From assembly GCF_018977255.1 (NCBI RefSeq), contig NW_024704742.1:50966001-51030000 (forward strand): a DNA stretch of 64,000 nucleotides, given 5' to 3'. The notes below the pieces were generated by a model. The model was not told where the DNA came from, searched no databases, and saw only the letters and a list, made by a program, of their open reading frames with translations. This DNA comes from Callorhinchus milii (Eukaryota). The translations under genes and the position numbers were made by a program. Position 1 is the first letter of the stretch. The number at the start of each line of letters is the position of its first letter. Below are positions 49,361 through 61,110 of this stretch, piece by piece.

Positions 49361-49466
49361 ATCAGCAATTCTTGACTATTCATTACAATACAAGCGTTAA
49401 GTGTTGCATTGTCTTAAAATGAAGCTGGTTCGCTTGTATTGTAATGAATAGTCAAGAATTGCTGAT
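49361..49466. repeat. Perfect inverted repeat, 36-bp arms, 34-nt spacer
   Basis: ATCAGCAATTCTTGACTATTCATTACAATACAAGCG (49361-49396) and its exact reverse complement (49431-49466). Confidence 0.95.
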
Positions 49467-50494
49467 CACTTATTATCCAAATTGCCCTGTCATGACTGAT
49501 ATCACTTTTACTCCTGTAACTCAAATCTATACAAACTTATGTCATTCGATTAAACTAAATCTTTAGCATAACTTTAACATTGCCAACATTCCTTAATTTT
49601 CACCAGAATATAGCTGCTTACCACTGTAACCTAATACTGCAACATGGAAAGTGAAGACCATCTTGCTGCTTCTAATCATTCAAAAATAACCCTCACCTAA
49701 ATATAACAACCATTATTTTGAAATTATCCCAGCTTATCTGCTTCAAAATATTATCGTGACTTAACCTCAGTCCACAAATCTTTTGTCAACTCTCTTTGAA
49801 CCATCGGTTTACTTATTAATGATAATAGTTCTTGCATTTGATATAGCGCCTTGTCATGTCGTTAGGATGTCTCAAAGCACTTCACATGATATACTGTAAA
49901 TTGGATTGACTGTATTTTGTGGGCGAAACATGGCAACCAATTGTGCACAGAAGTGTCCCAGAAACGTATTTTTACAGGGCTTTTTGCCCAGGTTTTCAAA
50001 TTGCTCATCTGAGAAAATTAATTCGAAATATGACTTGGAAAATTATAATGTTTTGTCTACCAGCTGTATAAAGCTTCTTTCCCAACCAAAGCACTCCCTT
50101 CTTTTCAAGTTGGCTCTACTCCATATTGATGATTTGAGCCTTTAAAAATTGCAGTGCATATCTGCAGATAAATAACGTCAGCTTTCCTCTGCAGTTCACA
50201 GCTCATTGGTTGTGGTTAAATATTTTCAGATTTCTGCAAATTTTAAATTTCTGTAAAGAACCACATCTTTGTGACTTGAGAGAACAGAGGATTATCATTT
50301 TTCATTTGGCGGGTGAAAGGAATGCAGTTGGCGTATTAGCCATATTGGGGTCTGATTTGTGTCGTTTCTTAACGGGATTCCTTAATAAATTTCCATTGAC
50401 CAGTGGAAACGCCACTAAAGTTGATTTTGTCGAAGAGGAGTTCCCATGGGGTGATGTACTTCCAGTTACCAAAACAACTACAATTTGTACTCGA

Positions 50495-50950
50495 TTAGAG
50501 AGAACATCTGAAAGCTCTTTATAAAAACTAAACAGGAGCCTGAGTTGGTTGAGACGGGCAAGTGAGGGAGGTGGCTGAAATTGCAGTCAGAGATGTTTTT
50601 TGAAGGGTTTGAAAGCTAAGATGAAAGGGGTGAGGTGAAGAAATTTAAGACTAGAGTTGCAGAGGCTAGAAGGAAAGTGGTTTAAAGTTTACCTGCCATT
50701 GGCAGAGCAGGTAGAGGGCATGAAATAGGTCAGGATGGGTGGATCAGAGAAGGTGGCTGGAGGATTAGGGTTGTAGCAGATTACTGAGGTATGGTGGTCC
50801 AAGTAGGTATTTAAAGGTAAGGACAAGCATTTGAAAAATTCTGGCCTCGCCTGGTGTGGGAGAAGATGTGTTCTGTGAAGTTATGGATGCCCTGAAGTAG
50901 TAGAGGGTGGAGCTGTGGCTGCCAACCAGAAGGGTGTTGGAAAAATCGAA
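50495..50950 (-). mobile_element. Old L2-clade LINE fragment
   Basis: Degenerate similarity to the other L2 3' regions. Confidence 0.55.
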
Positions 50951-51277
50951 TCATCAATGTTGTACAGTTTGCTTTATTTTTTCAAACAATTATGACCATG
51001 GGTAGCATCTGAAGAATTTTGATTGGGAGGAGATGGTGAATTCAAAGAAGAAATAAAACTTATTTGCAATCAATGTATTTGCACTCAATATAGTGTATTT
51101 AATTGATAAAAATGTACCATTTTAGTAGTATCCAATAAACGTTTGAATGGGAAGGAGTAAAATACTGGATTTAGAAAGAACATTTGTTGGAATGAATTGT
51201 TTTGAAATAAAATTAATATTTCCAATCTATAATTAACTGCAACTAATTGCATACATTTTTTTCATCTAAAATCATAG

Positions 51278-51426
51278 GTTATACATGTCACCAAAGAAGA
51301 TGCCTACTCCTGTTCAGAGAGCTTTTAGCCCAATTCGATGGTGCAGACAGGTGCTGGATCACCCAAGCCCAGATATGGAAACTGCAAAAAGGTTATTGAT
51401 ACAGAGACTTGATCAAACAATGTCAG
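51278..51426 (+). CDS. SLAIN2: SLAIN2 coding exon 2, 149 nt
   Basis: (W)[49 protein letters not shown]; catag| acceptor, |gtaac donor; phase 2/1. Confidence 0.96.
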
Positions 51427-52547
51427 GTAACCTTTTTACCATTTGAAAAGTACACAATTTGACTGTTGTGTTACAAATGATTTTAGTATGTGGAGCTGCA
51501 TGACATCAGAATGTAAGTAAAGAGGGTGTTGCCATAATTTCCTTTTGGAATACTCATTGAATCCTGCTGTTGGTTGCAACTGAGACATCTGGTGAAGTTA
51601 TTAGTCCCCTTGAAACATTGATCTAATACAGCAGGTCTTTATCGGGAATGTTTTGTGTGTCTTTTACACAATACATAATTTAAGCAAATCTATTTCAGGT
51701 GCAGTTGTTGAACAATAGCTTTCTCTGCTATTTCTGTCAAATATTATTTTGGGGAGTGCTTGATTGAGTGCATAGTTGATCTGATGACTGAATCCAAATT
51801 TGGGATATTTGATTAAATGAAGATTTTAAAGTGAATACATGAGTTTGGTTTATAATCTTGATGCAATGGAACATAATTATAGTTTACTGCGACTAGTTAA
51901 GAAAACAACTTTGAAGTTCATAAACTAAGGGAGTAACAAAATATTTATATCATACTCTGGGATATGATCCAAGTATGTCACAAGATTAATACCCGTGATG
52001 TGTCAGTGTCAAATAGCCTGGTTTATGACGCTTCAACCTTGGATTAAGCATGGGTCCAATATCTGTTCACATGACTGATGCTTTATTATTTTTGTCCTAG
52101 ATCATAAGGTCTCATAGTTATGTAATTCCAATTGACGGGCTTCATAACGTTCATTTTGTTTTAGTGCCATCATTTATTTTGGTCAGTGTATTCAAATCGT
52201 GCTCTTGAAAATGTAGCCTAAAATGTCAGGTGGCAGAATGGCTCAGTTGGTAACATTCTTGTTTCTGATTCAGGAGTCTGTTTGTTAAAACTTTATGTTG
52301 AGGACTTTAAGGATCGTAGTCATAGTCTAAGATGACCCTCCAGTGCAGTGGTAGGGGAGCAAATGTCAAAGATCCCATCCTTTGGATAAGACATTGAATA
52401 AAGACATCTCCCTGTTCAGGCAGATGACAAATATCCTATGGCATTATTCAAAAAGAGAAGAACAATCCTCCAGATAAAAATAGTCATTCATTTTGTGGCT
52501 ATTGGTGGGATATAACCAAAAGATCATCGTGTTAATTCTGTATTTAT

Positions 52548-52946
52548 CCCCCTACCTACCTCCCGTACCCTCCTTTCCTCTGGCTCCGGTCTGCTCCACA
52601 TCCCCCGCCCCAACCGCCCTACCATCGGTGGCCGGGCCTTCAGCCTCTCAGCACCGAGGCTCTGGAACTCCATCCCCCAGTGCCTTCGCCGCCTCCTCCC
52701 TTTCCTCCTTCAAGGCTGGTCTCAAGACCTTTCTCTTTGACCGAGCCTTCAGCTCCCCTCTCGACTCTCTACCCCCTCCTCGCTCCCTCCCTTCCCTCCC
52801 CTCACCATTTCCCCCCTCCTCGCTCCCTCCCTTCCCTCCCCTCACCCTGACCATTTCCCCCTGCTCGGGTCCTGACCCAACTGTACAGCGCCTTGGGACG
52901 TCCTCCCGACGTGAAAGGCGCTCTATAAATCGAATCTTGTTGTTGT
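52548..52946 (+). mobile_element. L2-clade LINE 3' end, young subfamily (same as 808-1552)
   Basis: Near-identical to the reverse complement of 808-1170; tail ...GGGACGTCCTCCCGACGTGAAAGGCGCTCTATAAAT..(TTG)n. Confidence 0.92.
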
Positions 52947-54558
52947 ATTTTGTTCCAATATCTAATCAGATCCACGTGTGAGATTGTTCAGCTGGCTAAA
53001 TGTTTAATATTCAAAATTTGTGCTGTGCATTTCAAAAGGTTTAAGTAAATCACTTAAAGGAAGTTTACAAGCTTTGTTTTGAAAATAGAAATAATTAACT
53101 ACAAAATCAGACTGATGTTCACTGAGCAGTTGAGTTTAATCAGGTTCAGGCCTTCTTATTTCACAATCTCAGCAACATCGAGCATCCTTTATATCCACTG
53201 GATTACCAATTATCTATGATTACAGGGCCTTTAAATTTCAATTTGAAAAGAGCAGGCCCATCTGATTTAAGTGCTTACTGTTGTTTAAATATTAGCAGAA
53301 AATACTGGTTTGTCTGAGCAAATTTTTTTTAGCTTTCAGTAAAATTGTCAGTTCTTATGGAGACTCTTGAGTTGGGGCTCTCTTTGTCTCACTTTGATCC
53401 ATCAATATCAATGACTCAGAAATGCCCACGAATCGCAAAACAGCTGTATAAGAAACAGCAACTTTAAATAAGTTCCTGTGATTCCGGAAACGTATGTCAT
53501 TCCTCCTCATTGTCTGGTGTCCTGAAGCTGCATTTCAGCTCTTACTATTTTGAAGTCTCTGCTTTTTCAACAACAACTTGCATTTATATAGTGCCCTTCA
53601 TGCGGGATAGCATCTCGGCAGCCAAGCCTTTAGTCATCATGACCCAACCCTCCGGAACTCCCTTCTCAATCCGTCTCTTTCAAAATCATGTGAAACTCTT
53701 GATCTTTGGCAGTACCTATGACAGGACACCGCCCCCTCCCCCCCCATAGGCACACGCACGCACAACTCCAGCACATTTTGTAAAGCGCTCCATAAAGTTA
53801 CTCTATTTGAAGGGTGTTTATATAAATGCAGGTTGTTCCTTTTGTCTGTTTACTTTTATGGTTTCATGTGATTTCTCTCTTTTTCTTCCTCCCCCCACCC
53901 CCACAACAAAAAAAATTGAATTAATCTGCCAGCGTTCACCCTTCTAAGCTTGCATGTGAAGAATGGACACTTGGGTCAATCATCAAATGGGATTTGGAGA
54001 CTGTGGAACTGGCTCAAGATATAATAATGCTTGCATTTGATATAGCACCTTATCAAATTGTTGAAAATCAAATTGTTGAAGCTCTTCGCAGGATTTCCTT
54101 TGATGTATAGTGACTATATTTGCAGGCGAATATGACAAACGATTTGCACACAACAATGTCCCACAATTTGCCATGAAGTGAACAATCAATTTCATGTGGT
54201 TGATTGTTGGTTAGGACACTAAGAGAAACTCCTTTTTTCAAATAGTGCCATGGGATCTTTAACGACCCACAATTTATGGAAAGTAAAATCTGTCAGTACA
54301 TGTATGCAAATTTCCAGCTTCTCAGCAACTACACTGAACATTTTATAAGCATATTTTATGTTTAAGTGAATAAAATGCAATCAAATGACACAATGAAGGC
54401 ACTATTATCTCAGGTAGTTCATACAACTGTGAAAACATTTAATAATAATAATGATTATCTACCTAAAATTAACATTTTATTACAGCCTTACTATCTTATC
54501 AAATTAGAATAATGTTCAAATTTTTGCTGTAAATTGTTCCTTTTGTTTTACCTTGCAG

Positions 54559-54714
54559 AGAGTAAAAGACGGAGTTTATTCAACAGCCCCTATAGTACTG
54601 GTGGTTATGCAAGTGGAGGCAGTAGTGCTTATGGAAGCAACTTCAGCTCCCCGACCTCAACACCAGTTAGATCCGCTCCACTTGTAAAGCAGTTGATAAT
54701 GCCAGGTAGTCCAG
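54559..54714 (+). CDS. SLAIN2: SLAIN2 coding exon 3
   Basis: ESKRRSLFNSPYSTGGYASGGSSAYGSNFSSPTSTPVRSAPLVKQLIMPGSP; ttgcag| acceptor; donor after 54714, with an alternative in-frame donor after 54705. Confidence 0.92.
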
Positions 54715-55065
54715 GTGCGGAGACCGTTTTGATTTCTGATTGTTCACCACTATTTTTAATAACAAATTTGCTCCTGGGTAACGACTTTGGAGTTTAATAA
54801 TGAGGAATGTTGTGATTTTATGGTTTGAGGGAAATTTTAATGTTTCTCCCACTGGGTACAATGATATTTAGAAACATGTACTGCAAGTGTAACTTATTAT
54901 TTCTGAATTTATTTAATGGGTGGATAAAGGCAATCTGTGCTGGGTTCTTCTGACATTGTTTTCAAATGCAGCTCATAATTGACTAAAATAAATATTACTG
55001 TTATGATGGAAGCATTAGAAATGTTTTGTAACCAGTGTAAATGCAAAGGATAAGAACTGTCCTAA

Positions 55066-55287
<222 letters not shown>

Positions 55288-56149
55288 TGAAACGGGGTTC
55301 ACAGTTGAATGGTTCGGTAGAGTAGGGCTACATGTTAACAATAGGCCAGGATATTGGCAATATTACACTCTTATTCCAGCACATGCTGGCTGACAACTAT
55401 GCTCCCATTTGGAGGAAGCATCTTGTATAAGCTTTTTACAAGAGAAAACATTGTCAAGTGCATAAGAAGAATGGTAAGTGCATTGTTTCTATTGTGCTAA
55501 ATTGTCTTTCTAAAATTGTTGAATTTCTTCTGTTGGCCAGTACTTTTAGAGCCTTTTTGTTTCTTTACACATCACAACTCCTGGCTTAACTTGTCAATTA
55601 CCACTTAAGTGGCCATACAATCAAAATCCTGGCTGCTTCCCATGTAAAATGATCTCAGCTTTACTTATCACTCATCTTAACACATGACTAGTTGCATTCC
55701 AGAAATTCTTGTAAGTGGTTATAATGTCAAATTCATCAGAAAATTTGTCGTATAAAATGGTGCCTTGCATTGCAGGCCTTCTGTAGTATCCTGTGACTGG
55801 TGCGGGTGCTCGGTGGAGGTTGGGTACACATGCTCAGATGCGTCACAGCAGCCTCTGGTCTATTGGAGGGCCATACCTTGGCCAATGACAGGATAAGGTG
55901 GAAGGCCAAGTCAGAGCCATCCAATATTCCAGAGGCTTCCACGATGCCCGGGAGGGAGGACCTATGCCAAACTAGCTACTCGTCAATGAGCCCCTTTCCC
56001 TTGGAGTGACAAATCTGAATGTCAAATTGAACTAATAGCAAGTGATAGTAAATTGAATAAATATAATTTAAAATCATTCTTTCCTAAAAAGTTTAAGCAC
56101 CAATTGTGTACTTTGGTAGAAACTATTGACTTGGTGTTTGTCAATTGTG

Positions 56150-56510
56150 GCAATAGTAGCTAAGTGGTTAGAGCACTCGCCTCACAAGCGAGAGTACTTT
56201 AGTTTGATTCTCGGACAGGGTGAAACGTTGGGCAAATTTCCTTGCTCCAACACTTGTTTACCTAGCAGTAAGTAGGAACCGGTTGTTAGTCAATTGGCCG
56301 ATCGCTCTTCGGAGGGTAATAATCCCTTCAAAACAATATTAAAAAAAGTCACTCAATCCATGACTGTTTGTGGGACACTGTTGTGTGCAATTAGCTGCTG
56401 CGTTTTGCCCGCAAAATACAGTCAATTTTGCAGTATATTCTGTGAAGCGCTTTCAGACGTCTCAATGATTTGATAAGGCGTTATATAAAATGGAAATATT
56501 ATTATTACAA
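56150..56510 (+). mobile_element. tRNA-derived SINE, long subfamily
   Basis: Head, insert, body and tail all present. Confidence 0.82.
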
Positions 56511-56584
56511 TAGTTAATTAAATCTGCTTAGTTTTGAAGATTGGTGTATTAGCTAGTTTCACTCCATGCTTTTATTTTCTCTAG

Positions 56585-56947
56585 GTCTCAGACAAGAATA
56601 TGCAGCCAATGCCTCAAGGCGTAGTTCAGGTTCATCTTGTCATTCACTGAGGCGGGGTACATTCAGTGACCAGGAGTTTGATGTTCAGAGTTTGGAAGAT
56701 GAAGAAGAATGTGTTCCTCATACCTTGCACCCTCCCATGAATCGATTCACTCCATCTCCAAGACACTCCCCTCGACCTTCACCAAGGCATTCACCTAGGA
56801 ATTCTCCACGCTCGCGCTCTCCTGCCCGGGGACTGGATTATAGTCGAGTATCTGGCTCTCCACAGCCCATGATTAGTCGTCTACAACAGCCGCGCCACTC
56901 TTTGCAAGGCCCTGCTGCTGATCTCCAGTCTAATGTAAAAAATGAAG
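56585..56947 (+). CDS. SLAIN2: SLAIN2 coding exon 5, 363 nt (SP-rich region)
   Basis: [31 protein letters not shown]...[26 protein letters not shown]...SNVKNE; ctag| acceptor, |gtaagc donor. Confidence 0.97.
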
Positions 56948-57785
56948 GTAAGCGACAAGCAGTGTAATTGTGGACTAAAATCACCTTGTTAACATAGAAT
57001 AAAAATTGGTTGTGAGTGCAATATTTATGACCGATCTAAATGTTCTCCTGACTCATTTGGTAGCACTCTTGCCTCCAAGTCAGAATTTTGTGGGTCCAAG
57101 CCGTATCTCAGGACTTCGTGCTTGTGTGGCATTCCTCAGGGCTCGGTCCTCTTTAATATATATATATATACCCCTGCTTGACAGTGTCATCCATGGGCAC
57201 GAGGTTAACTTCCACTTATATTCTGGTGACACCCAACTCTATTAAACACATTTTTTCTGAAGGATTCTCACAGATTTTCAGCCACCATTATTTGCATGCA
57301 TAATTGATTAATGGACCCTCCAATGGCATTCATGTTGCTGTGTTTAAGCAGCATAATTCAAAAAATCTAGTAAATGATCTAGACCTTTCTTTAATTCTGG
57401 AACTTTAAACGTTTTCTGTTGTCAGACAAAACATTCTAGCTCTTCCCTGCGATTTGGAAAGTCTTTTACTTTCCATGACTGATTTTAGAATTAATGTACC
57501 CCAGAGTCATATGTGCATCTTGTGAACCAGACTTATTCTTACTAACTGAGCAGTTGAAGCAAGAGCCTTTACTTTGTGTTTTTGCCTTAGAAAATTGATT
57601 TGCAAATTGCAGAATTTACTGTAATGTGCAGCAACTGTATTTGGTAGGTGAGTGTGGAAGTTTCCCATTCTGTTTGGCTTTTTGCTTCACTGAATAAACT
57701 CACTAAATCATCGTGGAAGCTTTTTAATGCCTGATTTTTTTNAATGATTGAGAGTAATCTATTTTCCATTTTGTTTCTGCCTTAG

Positions 57786-57926
57786 AGAAATTAAGACGTA
57801 GTCTTCCAAACCTATCCAGATCTAGTATCCATTCAGCAGAATCTGTCAAAAATAGCAGAAGTTGTGACTCGAATTTACAAGTGCCAAATGGGGGAATACC
57901 CCGTATTCAGCAGCAAGCTGCAGCGA
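57786..57926 (+). CDS. SLAIN2: SLAIN2 coding exon 6, 141 nt
   Basis: [47 protein letters not shown]; cttag| acceptor, a|GTAAGT donor; phase 1/1. Confidence 0.96.
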
Positions 57927-58604
57927 GTAAGTCACTTTTTTGTTTTTTTTTGCCTTATTTGGATTTTAAGAATCTTCCTTTGTCAAGTTTTTCTGATATT
58001 AATAACTAAGAGACATTGGTAATGAGGTAACTCATTAAATGGAAACAGCTCTTGGATTATTTTCAGTGGAAAGTATTCATTCTCCTCCCATCTTGCTTTG
58101 ATAATGTTTTTAAAATGTCTCCTACTGAGTTGAAGTCATTGTTTAAATCCATAGCCAGGATCAGCATGAATATCTTACATATCAAGATGACGCATGCTCA
58201 CTGACCTTATTTCTGAGTGCCCTTAATTAATCCGAGAAAAATCTGCTTTCTTTTTATCCTGTAAACATTGATCAAGAGCTGTTAATTTTATTTTATAATT
58301 TCATGCTGGCCCAGGATTGACATGGGGGCCCTACATCTGGATTATTGTCTGCAGGGATTCAGGATTGGATATTTTAAACTATTTATATGCCAGATTTCAG
58401 ATATTTTATGCCCTTATGTGAGTGACAAGGGGAAATTATATAGCATGAAAATACTACCACCATCCCAATAATGTTTTCCTCCTTTAAGTGCAATTAGTGT
58501 CCTTCATTGGCAGTATTACTGGACTAAACAAAACTGTACGAGCTTGCCCTCAGCTAAGGTGAGCATACGTGCACATCTTCCACTTTGTCTCTTCTAATGG
58601 ATTC

Positions 58605-59685
58605 TTCTTCAGTTGAACATTGACAAGACAGCGACTTGACTCCCATCATTGCCTTCTTCCCTCAGGCCCTCACAGCCATCAAACTGAATGGATGCACAGT
58701 CCACTGCGTGGAGCCAGTGCGGAACTCCTAACTGTCCTTTAATCCCCACGTTTGTGCTGTGACCCATTCCGCTTTCCCCCACCTCCAAAGCATTCCCTGC
58801 CTCCACCACTATCTGTCATTTGTGGAGTCCTGTAGCTCAGTGGTTAGAGCACTCGCTTTGCAAGTGAGAGACCTGAGTTCAATTCCAGGCAGGGCAAAAC
58901 CTTGGGCATGTTTCCTTAATCCATACGTCTAATAATAATCCCTCCAAAACCAAAAACAATAATAAAAATTGGTCATTTTCAATCTATGACTGTTTGTGGG
59001 ACATTGCTGTGCGCAATTGGCTGCCGCGTTCGCCCACAAATATACAGTCAATTCACTTTACAGTGTGTTCTGTGAAGCGCTTTGGGACGTCCTCCTGACG
59101 TGAAAAGCGCTATACCAAATGCAAGGATTATTATTATCTTGAACCACAGAGAGCTTCATCCATGTATTTATCGCATCCAGGCATTGACTACGCCAGTGTT
59201 CCACTTTCTGGTCTCCCTGGCTGATCTCTACACAAGCTGTGGACTCTCCAGTCCTTTCCCACACCAGGCTTCAGGAACATACCACCCCATCATGGCTCCC
59301 CATTCCACAGCGGATAAAGATCCTTATTCTCACGTTTAAATCCCTCAATAGTCTTGCTCCACACTACCTCTGACCTCAAACCCTTCTTTCCTGGCTGATC
59401 CCTTTGCTCAGCTTGCTTTATATCCCCCACCCCATCTATCCCATCATTGGTGGGCGAACTTTCAGTTTACCCCAATCTCTGGAATTCCATCCGGAGTCCC
59501 TCCAACTTAATCGCTCACTTCCTCATTTTGTTCAAGGTCCACCGCGCAATCTACTTCTTTGACTGTGCTTTCAGTCATCTTTTCCTCCCATCTCGGCTGC
59601 TCCCACCCCCAGCGTGGGAGCCCAGCCAATACTCTTAAATGTTTTGGGATATCCTCGTGACGCGAAAGGCGCCATATAAATGTAT
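58605..59685 (+). mobile_element. Old L2-clade LINE fragment split by a young SINE
   Basis: L2 ORF2 similarity on both sides of 58821-59137 and an L2 tail at about 59640-59685. Confidence 0.7.
58821..59137 (+). mobile_element. tRNA-Ala-derived SINE, full-length young copy
   Basis: As above. Confidence 0.92.
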
Positions 59686-59860
59686 GGCAGAGGTCTGCTA
59701 GATGTCACTTAAACAAAAGCAGATCTATGACTTTGGGGTCCCCATCCTCCCCCTTAAAATTATGGATGAAGACTTGTAGTGCCTTATCTGCTGTCTTTGC
59801 TTAAATCTGGTAACCAAAATTCGGCTTTTTCCCAAAGTTATTTTTTTTCTCCTCTAATAG

Positions 59861-59899
59861 AAAAATCGTTAAAACGAGTGGAAGAGAAGAAAGGCAGTG
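59861..59899 (+). CDS. SLAIN2: Candidate SLAIN2 39-nt alternative mini-exon
   Basis: ttttttttctcctctaatag| acceptor, gtg|GTAAGA donor, length a multiple of 3, open in the phase-1 frame (KKSLKRVEEKKGS). No homology evidence. Confidence 0.5.
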
Positions 59900-60534
59900 G
59901 TAAGAATGAGGTTACAGCATGACAAAGTGTACTTTATCCCATACTGTTTTTTAAAAAGTGGCATTTTTTCATTTACCACTGAAAAGCTTGCTGCAGGCCC
60001 TTTTTGGACACCAATGTAGCTTTGCAGAGTAAATATGGGCTGCAACATGCGACTGTTGTAAATGAATTGATGTTCATTGTATTCAAAATCCAATAAACAG
60101 CTTGTCATTAATTTGTGGGTATAAGGACAAAAATACTGATTGCATGTTTTAACTCAGGAGCACAAAACTTTATTTTAAAATAAAATATTTTCTAATGGCT
60201 TTCAATGGGTTGTGGTATCTTTAGGGTCATTTAGGACTGCATCTTTTCATGGGGCTATGTCGCATTTATTGTGGCTTTAAATGCTTTTCTGGGGCTGGTT
60301 CATTCAATCTGCATTAGGGTTTAGGAATTCATAGTTTTGTTTACTATGGTAACCTTTGTGGAATTCAAAATGATCTTGCATTGCAAACGCAACATTTGTG
60401 TTTTAAGCCTTGTATGTTTTGTTGATTTTTGGGGAAAGGTGAGGTGATTATTATACTTTACAATTTAGTTAACATGTATTTTGTAGAGATCTAGCTGAAT
60501 GTATGTGCAATTCGACACTTTCTAAACCCAAATT

Positions 60535-61110
60535 TACAACAGCAAAATTACATTTGTATAGCGCCTTTCACATGGGAAAGACGTCCTAAGCGCTGGACAG
60601 TCAGTGTTTCGGACCCGAGCTGGAGGTTAGGATTGGGGAGGGCAGTGGGGGTAGGAAGGTGATCGAAGGCATGGTCAAAGAGGAGGGTCTTGAGATGGGA
60701 CTTGAAGCAGGCAAGCGACTGGGCAAGGCAGAGGCACTGCGGGATGGAGTTCCAGAGGGTGGGGGCAGAGTGGCTGAAGGCCCACCTGCCAATGGTGGGG
60801 CGGGCGAAGTGGAGCAAATGAAGCAGGCCAGTGCCTGCTGAGTGGAGGGAGTGGGCAGGTTTGTAGGGGCTTAGGGGGTCATAGAGGATAGGGGGGAGCA
60901 AGGCCATGGAGGGCTTTGAAGGTGAGACCAGGATCTTGAACTGTACTCTGTGTGATGGGAAGCCAGGGAGGCGGGCGAGGAAGGGGGTGATAGGGTTACA
61001 GAGCCTGGTGCAGGAGAGGATACGGGCTGCAGAGTTCTGGGTGCTCTGCAGTCTATGGAGGGAGGAGTTGGGGAGGCCGACAAGCAGGGAGTTTGCATAG
61101 TCAAGCCTGG
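60535..61110 (-). mobile_element. L2-clade LINE fragment
   Basis: SRLDYANSLLVGLPNSSLHRLQSTQNSAARIL...TLWNSIPQ...FKSHLKTLLF plus tail. Confidence 0.9.
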
